Assembly (NCBI GenBank): GCA_010015805.1
Contig: ML978123.1
Span: 1,240,001-1,304,000, forward strand
Source of the DNA: Rhizodiscina lignyota
Lineage: Eukaryota
Direction: 5' to 3'
Length of the DNA stretch: 64,000 bases
Shown here: positions 37,079 to 51,571 of the stretch, piece after piece
How positions within the stretch are numbered: position 1 is the first letter of the stretch
Layout: each line of letters starts with the position of its first letter
The notes under the pieces: model-generated
Told to the model about the DNA's origin: nothing
Seen by the model: only the letters and a program-made list of their open reading frames with translations
The model's database searches: none
Program-made: the position numbers and the translations under genes

Positions 37079-39545
37079 TTAAACGACTGCCACCCGGTCT
37101 TTCACAATCGCCCTTGCCCTCCGCCTCTCACCAGCATCCAGCACCCAGTTCATGTCCGCTGCTGCTTGGCTCTCATCCTCAGCGGCAACGAGCTCTTCCC
37201 ATTCGTCGTCCTCCATATTCATGATCAAACAAAGTTGAATACACTTTTGGAATGCATCTCTCAGCTCGTACTTCCCACCTCCAACTGCCACCGCAACAAT
37301 GCCAGCAATATCTCGCTCGAGCCTGACAGCGCCGAGTTCGCTGACCCTGCCATGGTACGACCAGATACGCTTCTCCAAGGATCGGGAGAGATATTCCGTT
37401 GAGACAGATTGCAATTTTGAGAAATTGCGCTCTGTCAGGATGCGCTTCATTGGCCGCATCAGAGCATTCCAAATCCTATCAAAGCGGTTCTTGACGAGGT
37501 CGTCATCTCGCTCCGCCTCATCATCTGCTTTGGCGTCTCCAACCTCTTCAGATTCTGTCGCGTAATCGATATCTCTGAATGTGTCTACTAAAATAGGTCG
37601 CATCCTGGGCTTAATAATCTGGTGGAAGAGCACGCTCACACCATCGTTCATGAGGTCGGTCGTTTTGGCCGTAAAGCTGTGTTCCATATTCTTCAAATGA
37701 CCTTCCACAATGCTAGCGTCGTTGCCGAAGGGGAACATGTCAGCTATGTTGTTGCTGGAATGCCCGTTCGTGGTGTCGCTGCCTTCGGTGGAACGTGGAG
37801 TGAGGTGTGACGAAATGATTCGCTTGAAATAGTCGGTTGCAATGTCCAGATTGTTGAGCAGCACCAGAAACTGTATCGTCTTATCTTCTGGTGGCAGGGC
37901 ACCTGCAATTGCAGCTTTGGGATAACTCTCATCGCGCATCTTGCGCTGGATCATCCCGACGAAATCTGAACCCAGGACTCTCGAGATGGTTGGGAGGACA
38001 CTGCTGACGACAGCTCGCTGTGCCGTAGCAATCGAACGCTGCAGCACTTGATTGACAATGTACATGACATCGTCTACAGCTGAAGTCATGAAAGGTGGAT
38101 TAGCGCCTAATGGCTTGTTGACGTTGAGAGTCAAATCCGAGGGAAATTCGTCGAGCTGGAATGCCTTCTCGACCGACCTGCGAAAGAAAAAGGTCGTCAT
38201 AACATTAAAGGACTCGATAAGAGTTTTCGAGACCTTGTTCTGGAGATTGCTGTTGGAGACATATTCCGGCACCACGAGGATCATCTTCCCAGATCTGTCT
38301 TCTTCCATTCCCTAAAGAAAAGTTAGTTGATACTCTGGAGCAATGAGTGAGATACGTTACCCCATGCTTCGAGGCCAAGAATCTCGTATACAAAGCCCAT
38401 CTCCCCAACATGACCGCCATCTCGCCCAGCAAGCCGTCAATCTCTTTCATATCCACGCCCTCGTCTTCACTTGCTCTGCCACCAGCTTCCCCTCTCACAG
38501 CGGGTGAAGCAGATCGGGGAGTCCCGGAAGTTCCTTTTTGCGTTGGAAGGAAGCTCTGAACGAGGAAGGAGAACGCGTATGATTTGACATCGGTCAACTT
38601 GCGATCGATCATCCTCTCATCGCTGTAGGTGTCGAGTAAAATCCCGCCTTGGACGTCAGCCTCTACTTGTAGTCTTTCGATAACGCGCCCCATCTTCCCT
38701 TCACCATAGTGCCGCTCAACGAGTGGGGTATGGCCTTCCACTATTTGCGCTATGTGCTCGAAGAGCTTGGTCAGCGTCCCGGCGTAGAAATAGCCGTCTC
38801 GTTTCCCAGAGTGACCTCCTGCGTCGAGATTCTGCCTTGCTCTTGCAGCGACACCAGTGCACACGTATCTTGAATATGCATCCAAGCCAACTTCACTCCG
38901 GCCTATGAGAGGAAATAGTTTGAAGAATCTAGTGACTTTTGCACCATCGCCCACTTCCGTTGCTTTCTCAAACTCCCGTAGAAATAGTCTACAAAGGCTT
39001 TCGCTTGCTGCTTCGAGCGTCACGCTTGGGGAGTCTGGCACTTCTGCTGTTGGTACAATCTCCTCAGCGAAGCTACTATTGACGATAGAGTGCGGAATTT
39101 CTGACGCCCGTGACAAGTAGCTGGCAGCTGTTTCCCAATCCTGGGGAGCTCCCATGGAGCCATGGACGCCAAGCACGCAAGCTTTCAATTCGGCCACTTG
39201 TTCGACAACAGAGAGGGTTGCTTTGACATTCGACTGCTCCTGATCTAATCGTTTTACGGCACCAGAGATTCGATGTGCTGTCGAAGCCGCAGATGAGAGC
39301 ATACCATTGCTGATCGCTCTTGTGTTCACAACCTGAGAGCCTAGCTGCGCCCGTAGGAGATCCAATCGGCCAAGTTCGCGGGAGAGGTCCTTCTGGGAAG
39401 CAACAAGCGCATCGAGCCGAGCAGTAACAGAAGCTTCCCGATGGTTGAGTTGTGCGAGTGTAGCCTGTATCTCGGCTATCGAAGTGGCTTTGTACACATC
39501 TTTACTGTCGCCATTGACATGCTCGACGACGTTGTGCCCATTCAT
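37079..39545 (-). CDS. COG4: Conserved oligomeric Golgi complex subunit 4; intron 38360-38312
   Basis: VAELKACVLGVHGSMGAPQDWETAA, VTRFFKLFPLIG, LQVEADVQGGILLD, FFFRRSVEKAFQLDE, TSAVDDVMYIVN, SELGAVRLERDI. Confidence 0.9.
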
Positions 39546-40704
39546 CTTCTATGATTTCGAGGTGTACAAAGGTGCCGCCCAGATTCATTGGCGACTTCAA
39601 TACAATCACAATGTATGACGACTAGCATTCCTTTCCACAATGGATCCTGGCAGCTCAGAAAGGCGTTAGTGCCATATAACTCTAAGCCGTACGCAGGGCT
39701 GCGGAACTGGAGTGTGCTGCAGCTGAAATTCTGGATGGCCTCGCCGATTTTGCGATGAATGCGTAGAACCGTGGTTTCTGTGAGATCAGACCCTCCCTGT
39801 GTCGTCGGTTTCGGTTTCGCTGCTCTGTGATTCAGTTTGTCGTGGCCGCCGATTGGCCTCAGTCGCAACCCACAATGTTTCCGTTCAGGTTTGGTCGACG
39901 TGGTTGATAATGAGACCTAGTGCGGCAGCCACAGCTTCCGGGGTCCGCGCGCCACACTGTGGCTAAGGAGACGCGTGCCATCGACATCGAGCGGCCGGGA
40001 AGGCACGCGGCGGCCCCATAGGCGAGTGGCTTCTGGCCGGCAGGGTTCGAGGCCGGTTTCTTGCTTTGCGATGCACAGCCATTCAATCACCACTAGCTTG
40101 TACTTCCCCGTACACAATCAGGTACACATTTTATCTTGAGCCCATCGCTCCTCCTTGATCGTGTACTGCGCGCGCTCTTTCTGTCACCAAGCTTTCACTG
40201 TCTCAACGAATTGGGCGCTTGTTCGTCTGGTTTGTTTGGTCGCACAAAGCGACAACATCTGTTGCTAGCTGAGCGCCCCCGGCTGACAACCGGAGCAACC
40301 ACTCGTCAACTACCTTCAAAATCCTGAATCCTGCCTACATACTCCATCCCATTCTCTCCGAGATCACAGGAAACCCCCCGAGAAAGAAGACTGCTCCTTA
40401 CTCTGTATTTGGACTGCAGCAAATTCATCGGCGCCAAACCACAAACTGCGGCTCGCCGAACCTCTCGACCTCAGGATAAGGCTGACGAATTTGGATCACT
40501 TATCGGCCCATTAGACACTGCCTCATGTCGCCTCCACGGTTGAAAGCCTTATAGCATCCTCTTTCGCCTTCCCTCGCTTCCTTATTCGCGAGTATCGCTA
40601 CTCCGATACCCTTCGCTACCGCTGTCACTCGCTTGGACGACAGTATTCGCGTCTGTCTCCGCATTCGCCTCAAATAATCTCTTTCCATACGCACATTTCC
40701 AGAT

Positions 40705-42878
40705 ATGGACCATGTTGGGCGTAACATAGTACTGGCTCATGAGCTGTACACTCGTGCAAATTCAACTACCAACACCGACGACCCTCACAACAACAGACCT
40801 CCTATATACAAGGTTATCGGGATCATATTAGCCGTATCCTCGGGGCTCTTCATCGGTGTATCCTTCGTACTGAAGAAGATTGGCCTTCTTAAAGCAAATG
40901 AGAAGTACAATGAAGAGGCGGGCGAAGGCTATGGCTACCTCAAGAACGCCTTTTGGTGGACCGGGATGACACTCATGATAATCGGGGAGATCTGCAACTT
41001 TGTCGCATATGCGTTTGTGGATGCAATCTTGGTAACGCCACTGGGCGCGCTGAGTGTTGTAGTAACGACAATCCTCTCTGCGATCTTCCTCAAGGAACGA
41101 CTCAGTTTTGTGGGCAAAGTCGGATGTTTCAACTGTATCATCGGCTCTGTCGTGATTGTTATCAATGCGCCTGAGCAGTCTGCGGTTGCGACAATTCAAG
41201 ACATGAAGAAGTTGGTCATAACGCCTGGATTTCTCACCTATGCCGGAGTCATCATCGTTGGTTGCGTTTTCGTTGCTCTGTGGGTGGCCCCGAGGTATGG
41301 CAAGAAGAGCATGCTGGTTTACCTCAGCATCTGCAGTCTCATTGGCGGGTTGAGTGTAGTCTGTACGCAAGGCCTGGGTGCTGCGATTGTTGCACAAGTC
41401 AGCGGGACGCCTCAATTCAACCAGTGGTTCCTCTACATAGTACTCGTCTTCGTCATTACGACGCTAGTCACGGAGATCATCTACCTCAACGTAAGTTTCG
41501 GGAACATGACCATGTAAACAACCGTTAATCCAAGTCACAGAAAGCCCTTAACCTCTTCAACGCTGCTCTGGTCACGCCGACTTACTATGTGTTCTTCACA
41601 TCTGCCACGATTGTCACATCAGCCGTCTTGTTCCAAGGTTTCAAAGGCACAGCAGCAACCATCACAACCGTCGTCATGGGCTTCTTGCAAATCTGCGCTG
41701 GAGTTATTTTACTGCAACTATCAAAGTCCGCCAAAGATGTGCCAGATGCGGCCGTCTTCACGGGTGATCTTGACCAGGTCCGAACAGTCGCTGAACAGGA
41801 AGAGCCGGAATACGAACCTCGCGCGGATACTATTCGCGGTGGTGGTGCGCTACTTCGCTCGATTTCGAGGATGCGCACAAAGAGACAGCAAGAAGAAGCC
41901 AAGAGACTACATGATGAGCGTATGACTCCAATTGGTGAAAACGAACATGTCGAGTGGGATGGATTGCGACGTCGTAAAACTGTAGTGGAATCCGGCCACG
42001 GTCCAGTTCCACAGAGATCGAAGACGATCCACCCTCCGTTAGGCATGTCGCATTTCCCCGATGATGATGATGATCGTGAGAGCCAGGTCTCCGATATGCA
42101 TCCAGGAATCTTCCCGTGGAGAAGACGGAGCCGCAACGCAAGCAACGCAGCCCGCGATCCCTCTGTGCCCCTTTCTCCTATGAAAGCAGGAGGGAATACA
42201 GCTGAAGCAAGCCAGCCCCATACCTTTGGTCTTCCTGTAGGCTTACAGCCTGGAAATGTGGATGGAGGAGCAGATACGTCTTATCATGGTGTTTCTCAAC
42301 ACATCCAGTTCGAAGACGGTGCAGAGGAGGCCCGAGCAAAGTCTGCCGCGAGCTCAAATACTCTCGTTCCACCGCGACCACCTCCCCACAGCGCGAAGAG
42401 ACAATTCAGCTTCCAAAATGTGTTTAGTCGGCGGCGAGCCTCGAGTGGTGATGATGATTCGTTGAGGCCGGACAGCAGTGGTAGCAGGGGAGTATCACGA
42501 CTGAGCTTCAACCGGAAGAACAGCCAAAATCAAACTCGGACAGCCACAGAAGAAGAGAGCTTGGGATTGGTGAAGGGAGATTCTAGAAATCTACTCGTAA
42601 GAGAAGAATACGAGAGTCCGAGCCCGCCGAATTACTCTGACGTCGAGGACGACTGGCAAGGTTACGAGGGCGGCAGACAAAGCAGTTTGCCAGGCCCACT
42701 GGCTCCCGGAGGCTTAGGATATGTTCGGGAGGAGAGCCCGGAACAAGGGTCATCATCTCAAAAGGGATCTCATAAGCTTCCTCCTCTACCTTTTGAGAAC
42801 GATGGTCCGAGTGACCCCTCGCGAGGCGGACGACGAAACGATCACGACGACACTGATAACGATGCTACGCCGAAATGA
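40705..42878 (+). CDS. NIPA/DUF803 magnesium transporter family protein; intron 41491-41540
   Basis: LAVSSGLFIGVSFVLKKIGLL, YLKNAFWWTGMTLMIIGEICNFVAYAF, LVTPLGALSVV, YLNKALNLFNAALVTPTYYVFFT. Multiple TM helices and a long disordered C-tail. Confidence 0.92.
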
Positions 42879-43318
42879 AGGCATGCAAAGGAAGCGGGCG
42901 GAAAAGGCTATATGAGCGGCGCTGCTTTCATGTAGATTTGTGGGCGTTCAATGTCCGTTTTGTAAAGACACGACCTCTGTATAGTAATTGGGATCCCATT
43001 GGAGCATGCATGGGACCGGTATACCTAGATTCCAGCATGGCCAGGCGTCAAGCGACAAGCTCAATCAATGAATTCGATGTTTGTTGATTGAATTATGCCA
43101 AAATTTGACCATATCCATCTTTTGCAAGACCCTTTTCTACCCCAAGCTTTGCACGCGGCCGGAAGTCTGGTCGGAAAACGAAGATGCCCGTCTCCGACGA
43201 AAACGTCACACATTTGAAGCTCTCGCTCCCAACCACTCTAGCTCCTACTCCTCTCTCCCGCCCACGAAAGCGCAGCAGCACATTCGCTGCATGCAATTGA
43301 TGCCTGCTCAAGGTTGCA

Positions 43319-45232
43319 ATGCCCCTCAGCTGCCATGAGTTCCTCCTCCGACGGTCGCTGAAGCTGCCATCACCGTGTCGGCAAGCCCTGCAATGCGCCA
43401 TTAAGACCGCTTTCTCTTCATCCACCCAGTCTCGGACCTTCTCATCTTCGCTATCTGCGCAGCAGGATGCTAGAGAGGTAGCGATTCTCGGAGGCGGCGT
43501 TACTGGCCTTGCAAGCGCGTACTACCTGTCGCGTGCGGATCCCAAGGCGCGCATCACGCTGTACGAAGCGTCAGACCAACTGGGCGGATGGGTTCAGACC
43601 AAGCATGTCCCAGTGGAAGGGGGGAGCATAGTGTTTGAGAGTGGGCCGCGGACTCTGAGACCGAGTGGAAATGGCCTTGTCACAGCCAGACTGGTATACA
43701 ACCTAAGAACCACAAAATTTGTTGAAGATGGAATCTAATTTGAGATGTAGCTCCAAGACCTCAACCTCGTCAAGGACATGCTATGCATCCCCAAATTCGC
43801 ACCAGCGGCCCGCAATCGTTACATCTATTACCCAGACAGGCTCAATCGCCTCCCTGCGCAGGGCGAGGGCCTCATCTCTTTCTTCTCCAACATCCTCTCC
43901 AACCGCGCCCTCTACTCCGGCCTTATATCAGGATTCTTCCACGACTTCAGGAATCCTACTCAGAATGCCTCTACCGCTGATGAATCCATCGGACATTACA
44001 TATCACGACGGTTCAACTCGGCAGTCGCAGACAAGCTCGTGAGCGCCTTGTTCCACGGCATTTACGCAGGGGACATCTATAAGCTGAGCGTGCGGAGTTT
44101 GCTGCCGATCCTGCCGTATCTCGAAGACAGGTTCGGCAGCGTGACGATGGGCGCGGGTGTCTTAGTAGGGGCGAAGACAAGGATTATGGAGAAGAGCCTT
44201 TGGGATATCACCTCGGACGCAGAAATGAAGAGCATTTCTCGTGACGTTATAAATGTCTTGAGCCAATCGAGTGTCTTCACACTTAGATCTGGACTTGGCT
44301 CACTAGTAACGCGGCTGGAGGAAGTCCTACGATCTGAAGGCCATGCTACGATTAACATGTCGAGCGCAGTTACCAAGCTAGAAGTACCGAGAGAGGAAGG
44401 AGAGCAAAGCAGTAGATCTGGCACCTCATCGCGTAAGATTCAGATCTCTTCGAACGCGGACGACTCTCCAAAAAGCTACGACACTGTCATCTCAACGCTT
44501 CCTCACAACTCATTCGCCTCCCTCCTTCCATGGGCAGCATCGGATTCTAGTCAGGTACCTCCGATGCCAAATGTTTCCGTCATGGTCGTAAATCTCTGGT
44601 TTAGAAACTCCAGCCTCCTAGACTCTGTCCCAGGATTTGGCTACCTCATCCCTCGTGCCGTACCGTATCACCAAAACCCAGAGTGCGCACTCGGAGTCAT
44701 CTTCGATACCTTTGCTACCGCAGGCCAAGATCAATCGCTAGACGAACAGACGCCTGTTCAAGAGGTAAAGCCGAATGGCACAAAGCTGACCGTCATCCTA
44801 GGCGGACACTGGTGGAGCGGATGGGAGGCTCTCCCGTCCACGTCTGAAGGGATCAATATGGCTCGAACGGTGCTTGCACGCCACATGGGTATTACGGAGG
44901 CGCCGGATGAAGTCCAAGCCACGCTGCAAAGAGATTGTATTCCGCAGTATACAGTGGGGCATGCCGACCGCATGCGAGACTTTCACTACAAGCTTTTGCG
45001 GGAATATGGCGGCAATCTTCGGGTCGCGGGGGCTAGCTATGGTGGCGTTGGGGTGAACGACTGCGTGAGAAGCGCGTGGAATGTGGGGAAGGAGGTTAGG
45101 GACAATGGTTGGAAGGGGAGTGTGACTGGGCTGGAAAGATATACGGTCAGTGGGGGTAGGACGGAGTTTGTGGAAGTACAGGTTGGCAAGCGAGCGGCCG
45201 GTCAGCAGCAGGCGGAGGAGAGGAGTTCATAA
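43319..45232 (+). CDS. HEM14: Protoporphyrinogen oxidase; intron 43693-43750
   Basis: Mitochondrial-type leader, FAD motif VAILGGGVTGLASAYYL, FESGPRTLR, HGIYAGDIYKLS, GFGYLIPR, CIPQYTVGH, GASYGGVGVNDCV. Confidence 0.95.
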
Positions 45233-45599
45233 CATAACTAGAGTCCTGCATGATTGGCGTTGACTCCAGAGCTCCTTTGAGCAGGCCTTGTAAATCTCGC
45301 ATAGATGAGGATATCCAGTACACTTTTGCATACTGAATTTCCAGGCGGGTGTTGTTTGAAAGCAGGACTGTGCATTGATTGATCTACGATTTCGAAGACC
45401 AAGGCCCCGCAGCATTCGGATCCATTTGGACGATTTTGAGTTGTAAGGTGGAAGAACCCAGTGCGCTGGGCAATTTTGCTTTATTTGCACAAAACGCCAG
45501 CTAATCCACAACGCAGGCCAAATATGAGCCCACGTCAATCGCAATGCAGTATGATCATCCTAAAGCCACTCCCCGATAGGATTGTGCCAGTCCACTTCT

Positions 45600-46181
45600 T
45601 CAGAACCTCAATGGCGTGAAGAACCACTTGTTCTTGCCCGTCAGATACCTCTCCTCCAGTGTCTTCTTGACCGTCTTCTTCGCCTCCTCGCGCTGGCTGA
45701 CCTCCTTGAACGTGTCTCCACTGACTGTGCCCTTCAGGCCCTCGAGTTCCAGAGTGTAGCGAGTGGGCATGAGGTGGTTGTAGTTGACCATCTTGATGAA
45801 CGGCTTGACCTTTGAGCGCTTCGTCTGCGTCTTCTTGGACATGCGGCGGGTGACCTTGTCAGGATAGCGTTCGATGCCGGCGACGATGGCGTGGGGGAAG
45901 GGGTGCGATTTCGAGCCGTTGTCTTGGGGCTGGATTATGACGACCTGGATTGTTATGGCGTTAGTGGTGATCACACCGAATTTGCAAATCTCCGTGTGCG
46001 CCATAGACTACATAGCCTCAACTCGTAGAGATAGTTCATATTAGGAGAGCCGTGCTGTCTTACCTTCTTGCCCGCAAATCGACCTCGTGTGATGATGGCC
46101 ACACGGCCAACCTTCATGACTACCCCTAATTTAGCATAACAACTTGACCTTCTTGAGGACCTAGGGCAACTCACACTTCAT
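45600..46181 (-). CDS. RPL27: 60S ribosomal protein L27 (eL27); 3 exons
   Basis: [31 protein letters not shown]...[11 protein letters not shown]...[17 protein letters not shown]...[12 protein letters not shown]. Confidence 0.96.
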
Positions 46182-46532
46182 GCTGGCTGGATTGGTGTGG
46201 AATGTTTGGTGATTGATTGCTTGTCGGTGTCGCGAAATCTCGAAGTTTGATGTGGTGCTGCCCAGTCACGTTTGTGTGGTCGCGGAAAAACCATTCGCCG
46301 GTAGCCGAAGAGCGCTACGCTGATTTGGTCAGAAAATTACGATCTGAGCCTCTAGCGCCGTATCTTCGGACTTTCATCTCGAGCTTGAGGTACGCGTGAG
46401 AGTTTGTCGCCTTAACACACGACCACCTTCTTCCCAAAGTACTATCCGCTTTTCCCTTCTCAGCCACGCTCCCGACATCCCCTTTACCTTTTGAAGCTGT
46501 ATCACACATCCAGCTGCGTCACTCTCGCCCAA

Positions 46533-47867
46533 ATGGCAGGCACAACAACAGCAGAAGATGGCAAGCGGATAGAAGAGGCGCAAAAGGTGGCCAGCAATGA
46601 TCCCAACAAAGCGGAGGCAGTATACAAGGACATTCTCTCAAAGAACCCAGGGACAAGTGAAGGTGCTATCAAGAACTTCGAGACCTCTCTGGTGTCATTA
46701 GGGGAGCTGTATCGGGATCACAAGAAGGTGCAAGAGCTTGCGGATTTGGTCCAGCAGACTAGGTCGGCGCTTTCAGCTTTCGCAAAGGCGAAGACAGCAA
46801 AATTAGGTACGTCATACTCGATGTGAAGCTGTGGAGTGGTGTCCTGATTTGCTTGTGCAGTGCGACAGCTCCTAGACCTCTTCGCGACCATCCCAAATAC
46901 CAATGATATCCAAATATCCGTCACAAGGTCATGCATCGAATGGGCAATATCAGAGAAGCGAGGCTTCCTCCGTCAGAATCTCGAGACGAGGCTGGTCACG
47001 CTCTACATGGCTAAGCAATCATACTATGAGGCTCTTAAGCTCATCAACAACCTGCTTAAGGAGCTGAAGCGGCTTGATGACAAGCTCGTTCTGGTCGAAG
47101 TCCAACTCCTCGAATCTCGAGTCTACCATGCTCTGGGAAACATTCCCAAAGGTCGTGCTGCACTTACATCTGCTCGTACTTCCGCCGCCTCCGTCTACAC
47201 GCCTCCTCTCCTACAAGCAGGTCTCGACATGCAGAGTGGCATGCTCCACGCCGAGGATCAAGACTTCAACACCGCCTTCTCCTACTTCATTGAAGCAATG
47301 GAAGGCTACCACTCACAGGACGAGGCGCAAAAGGCAACTTCGGCGCTGCAGTACATGCTCCTGTGCAAGATCATGCTGAACCTCGGCGACGACGTCAACA
47401 ACATCATGACATCGAAGCAAGCGCTGAAGTACGCAGGCAAGAACCTCGACGCCATGAAGGCCGTCGCACGCGCGCATACGAATCGATCGTTGGAGGAGTA
47501 TGAGCGCGCCTTGTCCGACTACCCATACGAGCTTGGCACCGACCGCTTCATTGCTAGCCACCTGCGGAAACTCTACGACGCCATGTTGGAGCAGAACCTC
47601 GTCAAAGTCATCGAGCCATTTAGCCGTGTCGAAATCGAGCATATCGCGAAGATGGTGGGCTTGGACACACAGCCCGTAGAGCGCAAGCTGAGCCAGATGA
47701 TCCTCGATAAGGTGATCATAGGAGTCTTGGATCAAGGCGCGGGATGCCTTATCGTGTACGATGAAGCAGAAAGAGACCAAGGATATGATGCCGCACTGGA
47801 GACAATTGAGAAGCTGAGCAACGTCGTGGACGTGCTGTACACCAATCAAGCGTCGTTGCTGGAGTGA
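46533..47867 (+). CDS. RPN6: 26S proteasome lid subunit Rpn6; intron ~46808-46860
   Basis: FAKAKTAKLVRQLLD, FLRQNLETRL, ELKRLDDKLVLVEVQLLES, PCI domain LYDAMLEQNLVKVIEPFSRVE...VERKLSQMILDK. Confidence 0.96.
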
Positions 47868-48414
47868 AGGGGGCGCAAGAGTCGTTGTGCGGCAGTGCTG
47901 TACAAAATTGGGCATCATCGGCGTTCGGGCGTAGCCTATGCGTCTCGGGGGGAACGGCACTTGGGTATAGACTTCGGTAGTATCTATATGCTGACCGACA
48001 TGTTTGTGGCTGAGGCGGATACGTAGCTTCGCAAGCGGCCAGGAACCACCTTACATATCGAAGACAGAAAGAATGAAGCCCGTTCTATTTAATCAACATC
48101 CAAGTGTGGGCAATACGTGTCTTATTTCTTTCCAAGTTGTGCTCGTTTTATGTCTTTACTAACTACCGAAAAGGCATATCAGAGGGTTGTCGCAATACGC
48201 ATCTTGGAGCAGAGGTTGTGAGGAAAAGACTAACAAAATGAATCAAGTAACCATCCAGGGAATCTATGCTGAATACAAAAGAGGAGCAGATTTATCCAAA
48301 TGGCCAATCGTTTACGACTCAACTCCACATCATCCGACTCACGTCTCGTTTCCCGTTCTACGTCGCATGACGAAGCTGGACTTCTCAAAAGCAAATTCGT
48401 TCAGCGCACCAGCC

Positions 48415-49091
48415 CTAATTCTTCATCGCTTCAATCTTCTCCTCAACAGTCTTCTGCGCCTTTTCCTTCTTCGGCCCCAACCACTCAGCGAGGGCATGCA
48501 GCACGTCGCTCGCGATCCTGAGCTCGGTGCTCACCACCGTCTTGGCCAGGTGGAAGATGCCCTTGCCGTCGATCTTGCTGCCCTCGTCCTCGTACGTCTT
48601 GAACACATACTCCTTGCCGTCCTGCGCGACCTGGACCGGGTAGTACATCGTCTCAAAGACCGAGCCCTTGATCTTCTCCGTGTCCTCCTTCACGATGGGG
48701 AACTTGTCGTCGATGGTGCTGAGGCCCGAGTCGCCGAGCTCGTCGGCCTTTGCGACGTATGGTGCGACCCAGGAGTAGGGGCCTTGCAGGTATGGGATGA
48801 AGGGAGATGCGAAACGGGAGTAGGCGTCGTTGAAGAGTGCGATTGATTTTTCGCCATAAGGATTTGACTTGTAGGTCGTGATTCCGTCAGAGACGACAGG
48901 GTAGGATGTCAAGTGCTGGCGCAAGCCGTTAGCATTGATTTCATGGATGTTCGATAAAGCACTGGTGCCAGAGAGCTAATCGCGCGAGTAACAACAAGGA
49001 CACTTACCGCAATGAAATGCGACTGTTGCGAATCGCCGTTGACCATTGTCTCAGACATTGTGCTAGTGTTGTCTTGTTCTGCGTGCGGCAT
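48415..49091 (-). CDS. CAP20: CAP20/perilipin-like lipid-droplet protein; intron 49007-48916
   Basis: MPHAE...MVNGDSQQSHFIA|HLTSYPVVSDGITTYKSNPYG...PYVAKADELGDSGLSTIDDKFPIVKEDT, the typical fungal perilipin (CAP20/MPL1) pattern. Confidence 0.88.
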
Positions 49092-51571
49092 AGAGTGGAA
49101 TGTGCTCTGGGTAGATGTTAGGCGCTATTTTGATTTTTTTATGCTCCATCTAGCTCATGAGGTCATGGTGACGGCCGAAGAGCCTTTTCATGAATGAAAG
49201 GCAGTCTATGCAATCCTATTTCATGGAAAGGAACGTGGCACGAAACGTGGGCGACGACGGTCGCACAGGAGATATGCACTTACCAGTAACAGCCGTTGGA
49301 TCCCGCCAGAGCTTCTGAAGCGTCGTAGATGAGAGCAGAGATGGATTTGGAGGCAGAATTAGAAGTGGAAGCAGGAGCAAAACACGAGAAGTGGAAGTCA
49401 ATTCAGGAGAGGCAGGGAATTCTGTTGAGCGATGGAGGTGTTGGAAGGCGATTTGATAACTGCTGTTTGCGTGCTGGGAGCCCGATCACATGTGAATTGC
49501 AAGCTCGCTCAACGCGTCCAAGCTTCACCAACCCACGTCGGACGTCACTGCTGCTCGCACGGCCTCTTCCGCTCGATAAGCGCGTATCCAGTCCCAATCC
49601 TGCTCCAACGCCCATGTCTCCTTAGTCCACGCATTCCCATCCCTCCATTAGCTCATCCGAAGCCGCCGTCAACTACTGCATCCCCTCGCGTAACAGGCAC
49701 TATAAACGAGAAGAACGACTTAGCCCGTACCAAAGCAACCGGAACGCTCCTATCAGAGTCCCCCTGACGCTCTTTGCGAACAGTGCAAGATAGCTGTCCA
49801 CTTTATTGACCACGAACATTCCAATCTGTAGCGCGCTTTTGGCTTTCTGCTAACAGCCCCGCGTCGCAGCTACCCCAAGGCATTCCTTCACGTTCGCCAA
49901 TCATGTTCTCAGACGATTACAGCTTATTTCACGAATCACGAAACCTTTTGCTGTGGATAAGCCCATCCGCAGGGAAGGCAGCAGTTGCAATGCATATGCG
50001 AGCACGCCATGAATGCGGAGAGATATCGCAGGACCCCGGGACTTCGAGAACCTTGGAAACAGGCTTGAAGCTGTCGCCAACCGCTGACCAGGGTTTGTGC
50101 GGAGTCTCCTCCTCCAATGCATACCTGCATTCCTGAAATACCCATCGGCACGATTGTGAGATATTTCCGGTGGGCAGAGAAACGTCACCTCCTGTCGCTC
50201 AACCACACTTCCTCTGGATGCGCATTCACGAATCCTACCTGACCTTAGAGTTTATGAGAACAGCTTTTAACACTTATGCATTCTCATCACATCCGCATAT
50301 AGAAACATTCACATTGCACACCCTCCTTGCATCTGTTCCTCGTCAGCGCTTTCCCCCATCTACATCGTCGCCAATTGCAATCTCGATCTGTTGATCCTCT
50401 CATATCATTCAATGCCATGCGCCTTCCCCGGCGGCTTACGTATTTCTTTGCCTTTGGTATCCGCATCGTCCGATATTGTTCCTTAGCAAGTAGTCCGCCC
50501 TATGTATACTCTACCTTTCCACGTGCGACGCGATACTTTCACATGCGCATCCGTATCCGCCAAGGCAACTTTTAAGTGGACCCTTTTCTCGTTCTCCAGC
50601 CTCATCCATGTCTCTTTTTTCCCCCAAAACCATGCACCTTCCAATCTTTAGGAGATCCACCAGAGCATGCAGGCGCTCCCGTAATCTAGCGATGGTGTTC
50701 CCGACAAACTTTGACAGGTTGAGGAGCGGCAAATCACCGCCGCCACCCCTGCTTGCAGCATTCGACTCCACACATACATCAACATCTGAGCCTCAACGCT
50801 TTGTTGTACGCCATATCACAGCGCCGTTATAGCGATTCTGCATACAGAGGCTAATAACGGCAGACGGACTTGCGGCTCGGCACGTGGAAATGGTGTCACT
50901 GTAATGCCGCGGATCTCGATTGATGGCGTAAAAGCTTTCTGAAACGGTCGAAACCCACAAATGCTTCGGTAATTGAATTTTCTGGATCGACAATTTCCCA
51001 AACTAGCTCATGGAAATAAACGACACTCGGCACCATTGAGCGGAAAGCGCCCGCGAGTTCCACCTTGAGCGAGATACATCAACTACTCGTGTAGCCGTCG
51101 GCGGAGTGAGTCTCATCAAGATAAACCACATGTGCTCCCTGTGGTCGATGTCCTCTCCATATCCCCACAGCATTCACATGCCAACAACATCATGTCAATG
51201 TCCCACAACATTAGAGCCGCAGCGGGAGAATGCAGGACGCCTAATCAGGAGAATTCCATACCAGAAGGGCCGATAAGGACGGAACCCACATGATATCAGG
51301 TGCTTCTAATCCTCCAGTCAACTCACCTCAGGGCAGCATTACGGTCGATACCCCAAGGTCTGGAGCCACTGTAATGCTTACCCCGGAGCGGCCGCTCCAT
51401 GCTTCTCCGCACTAAGCCTTGAGCTCTAACCTGCGGTCCCCGCAACGAAACATTGCCAGCGGCGAAACTACTTGCTCTAATCATCGCACATTTTACTAAA
51501 CTCCTATATAGAAATATACTCAATGTCATTGCATTCCTACACTTCCACTCAATCCTCTCTATACTCGCAAG

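Noticed and set aside
46403..46411. PACE-like GGCGACAAA (minus strand) upstream of RPN6
   Set aside because: Two mismatches to the yeast Rpn4 site GGTGGCAAA; too weak without comparative data.
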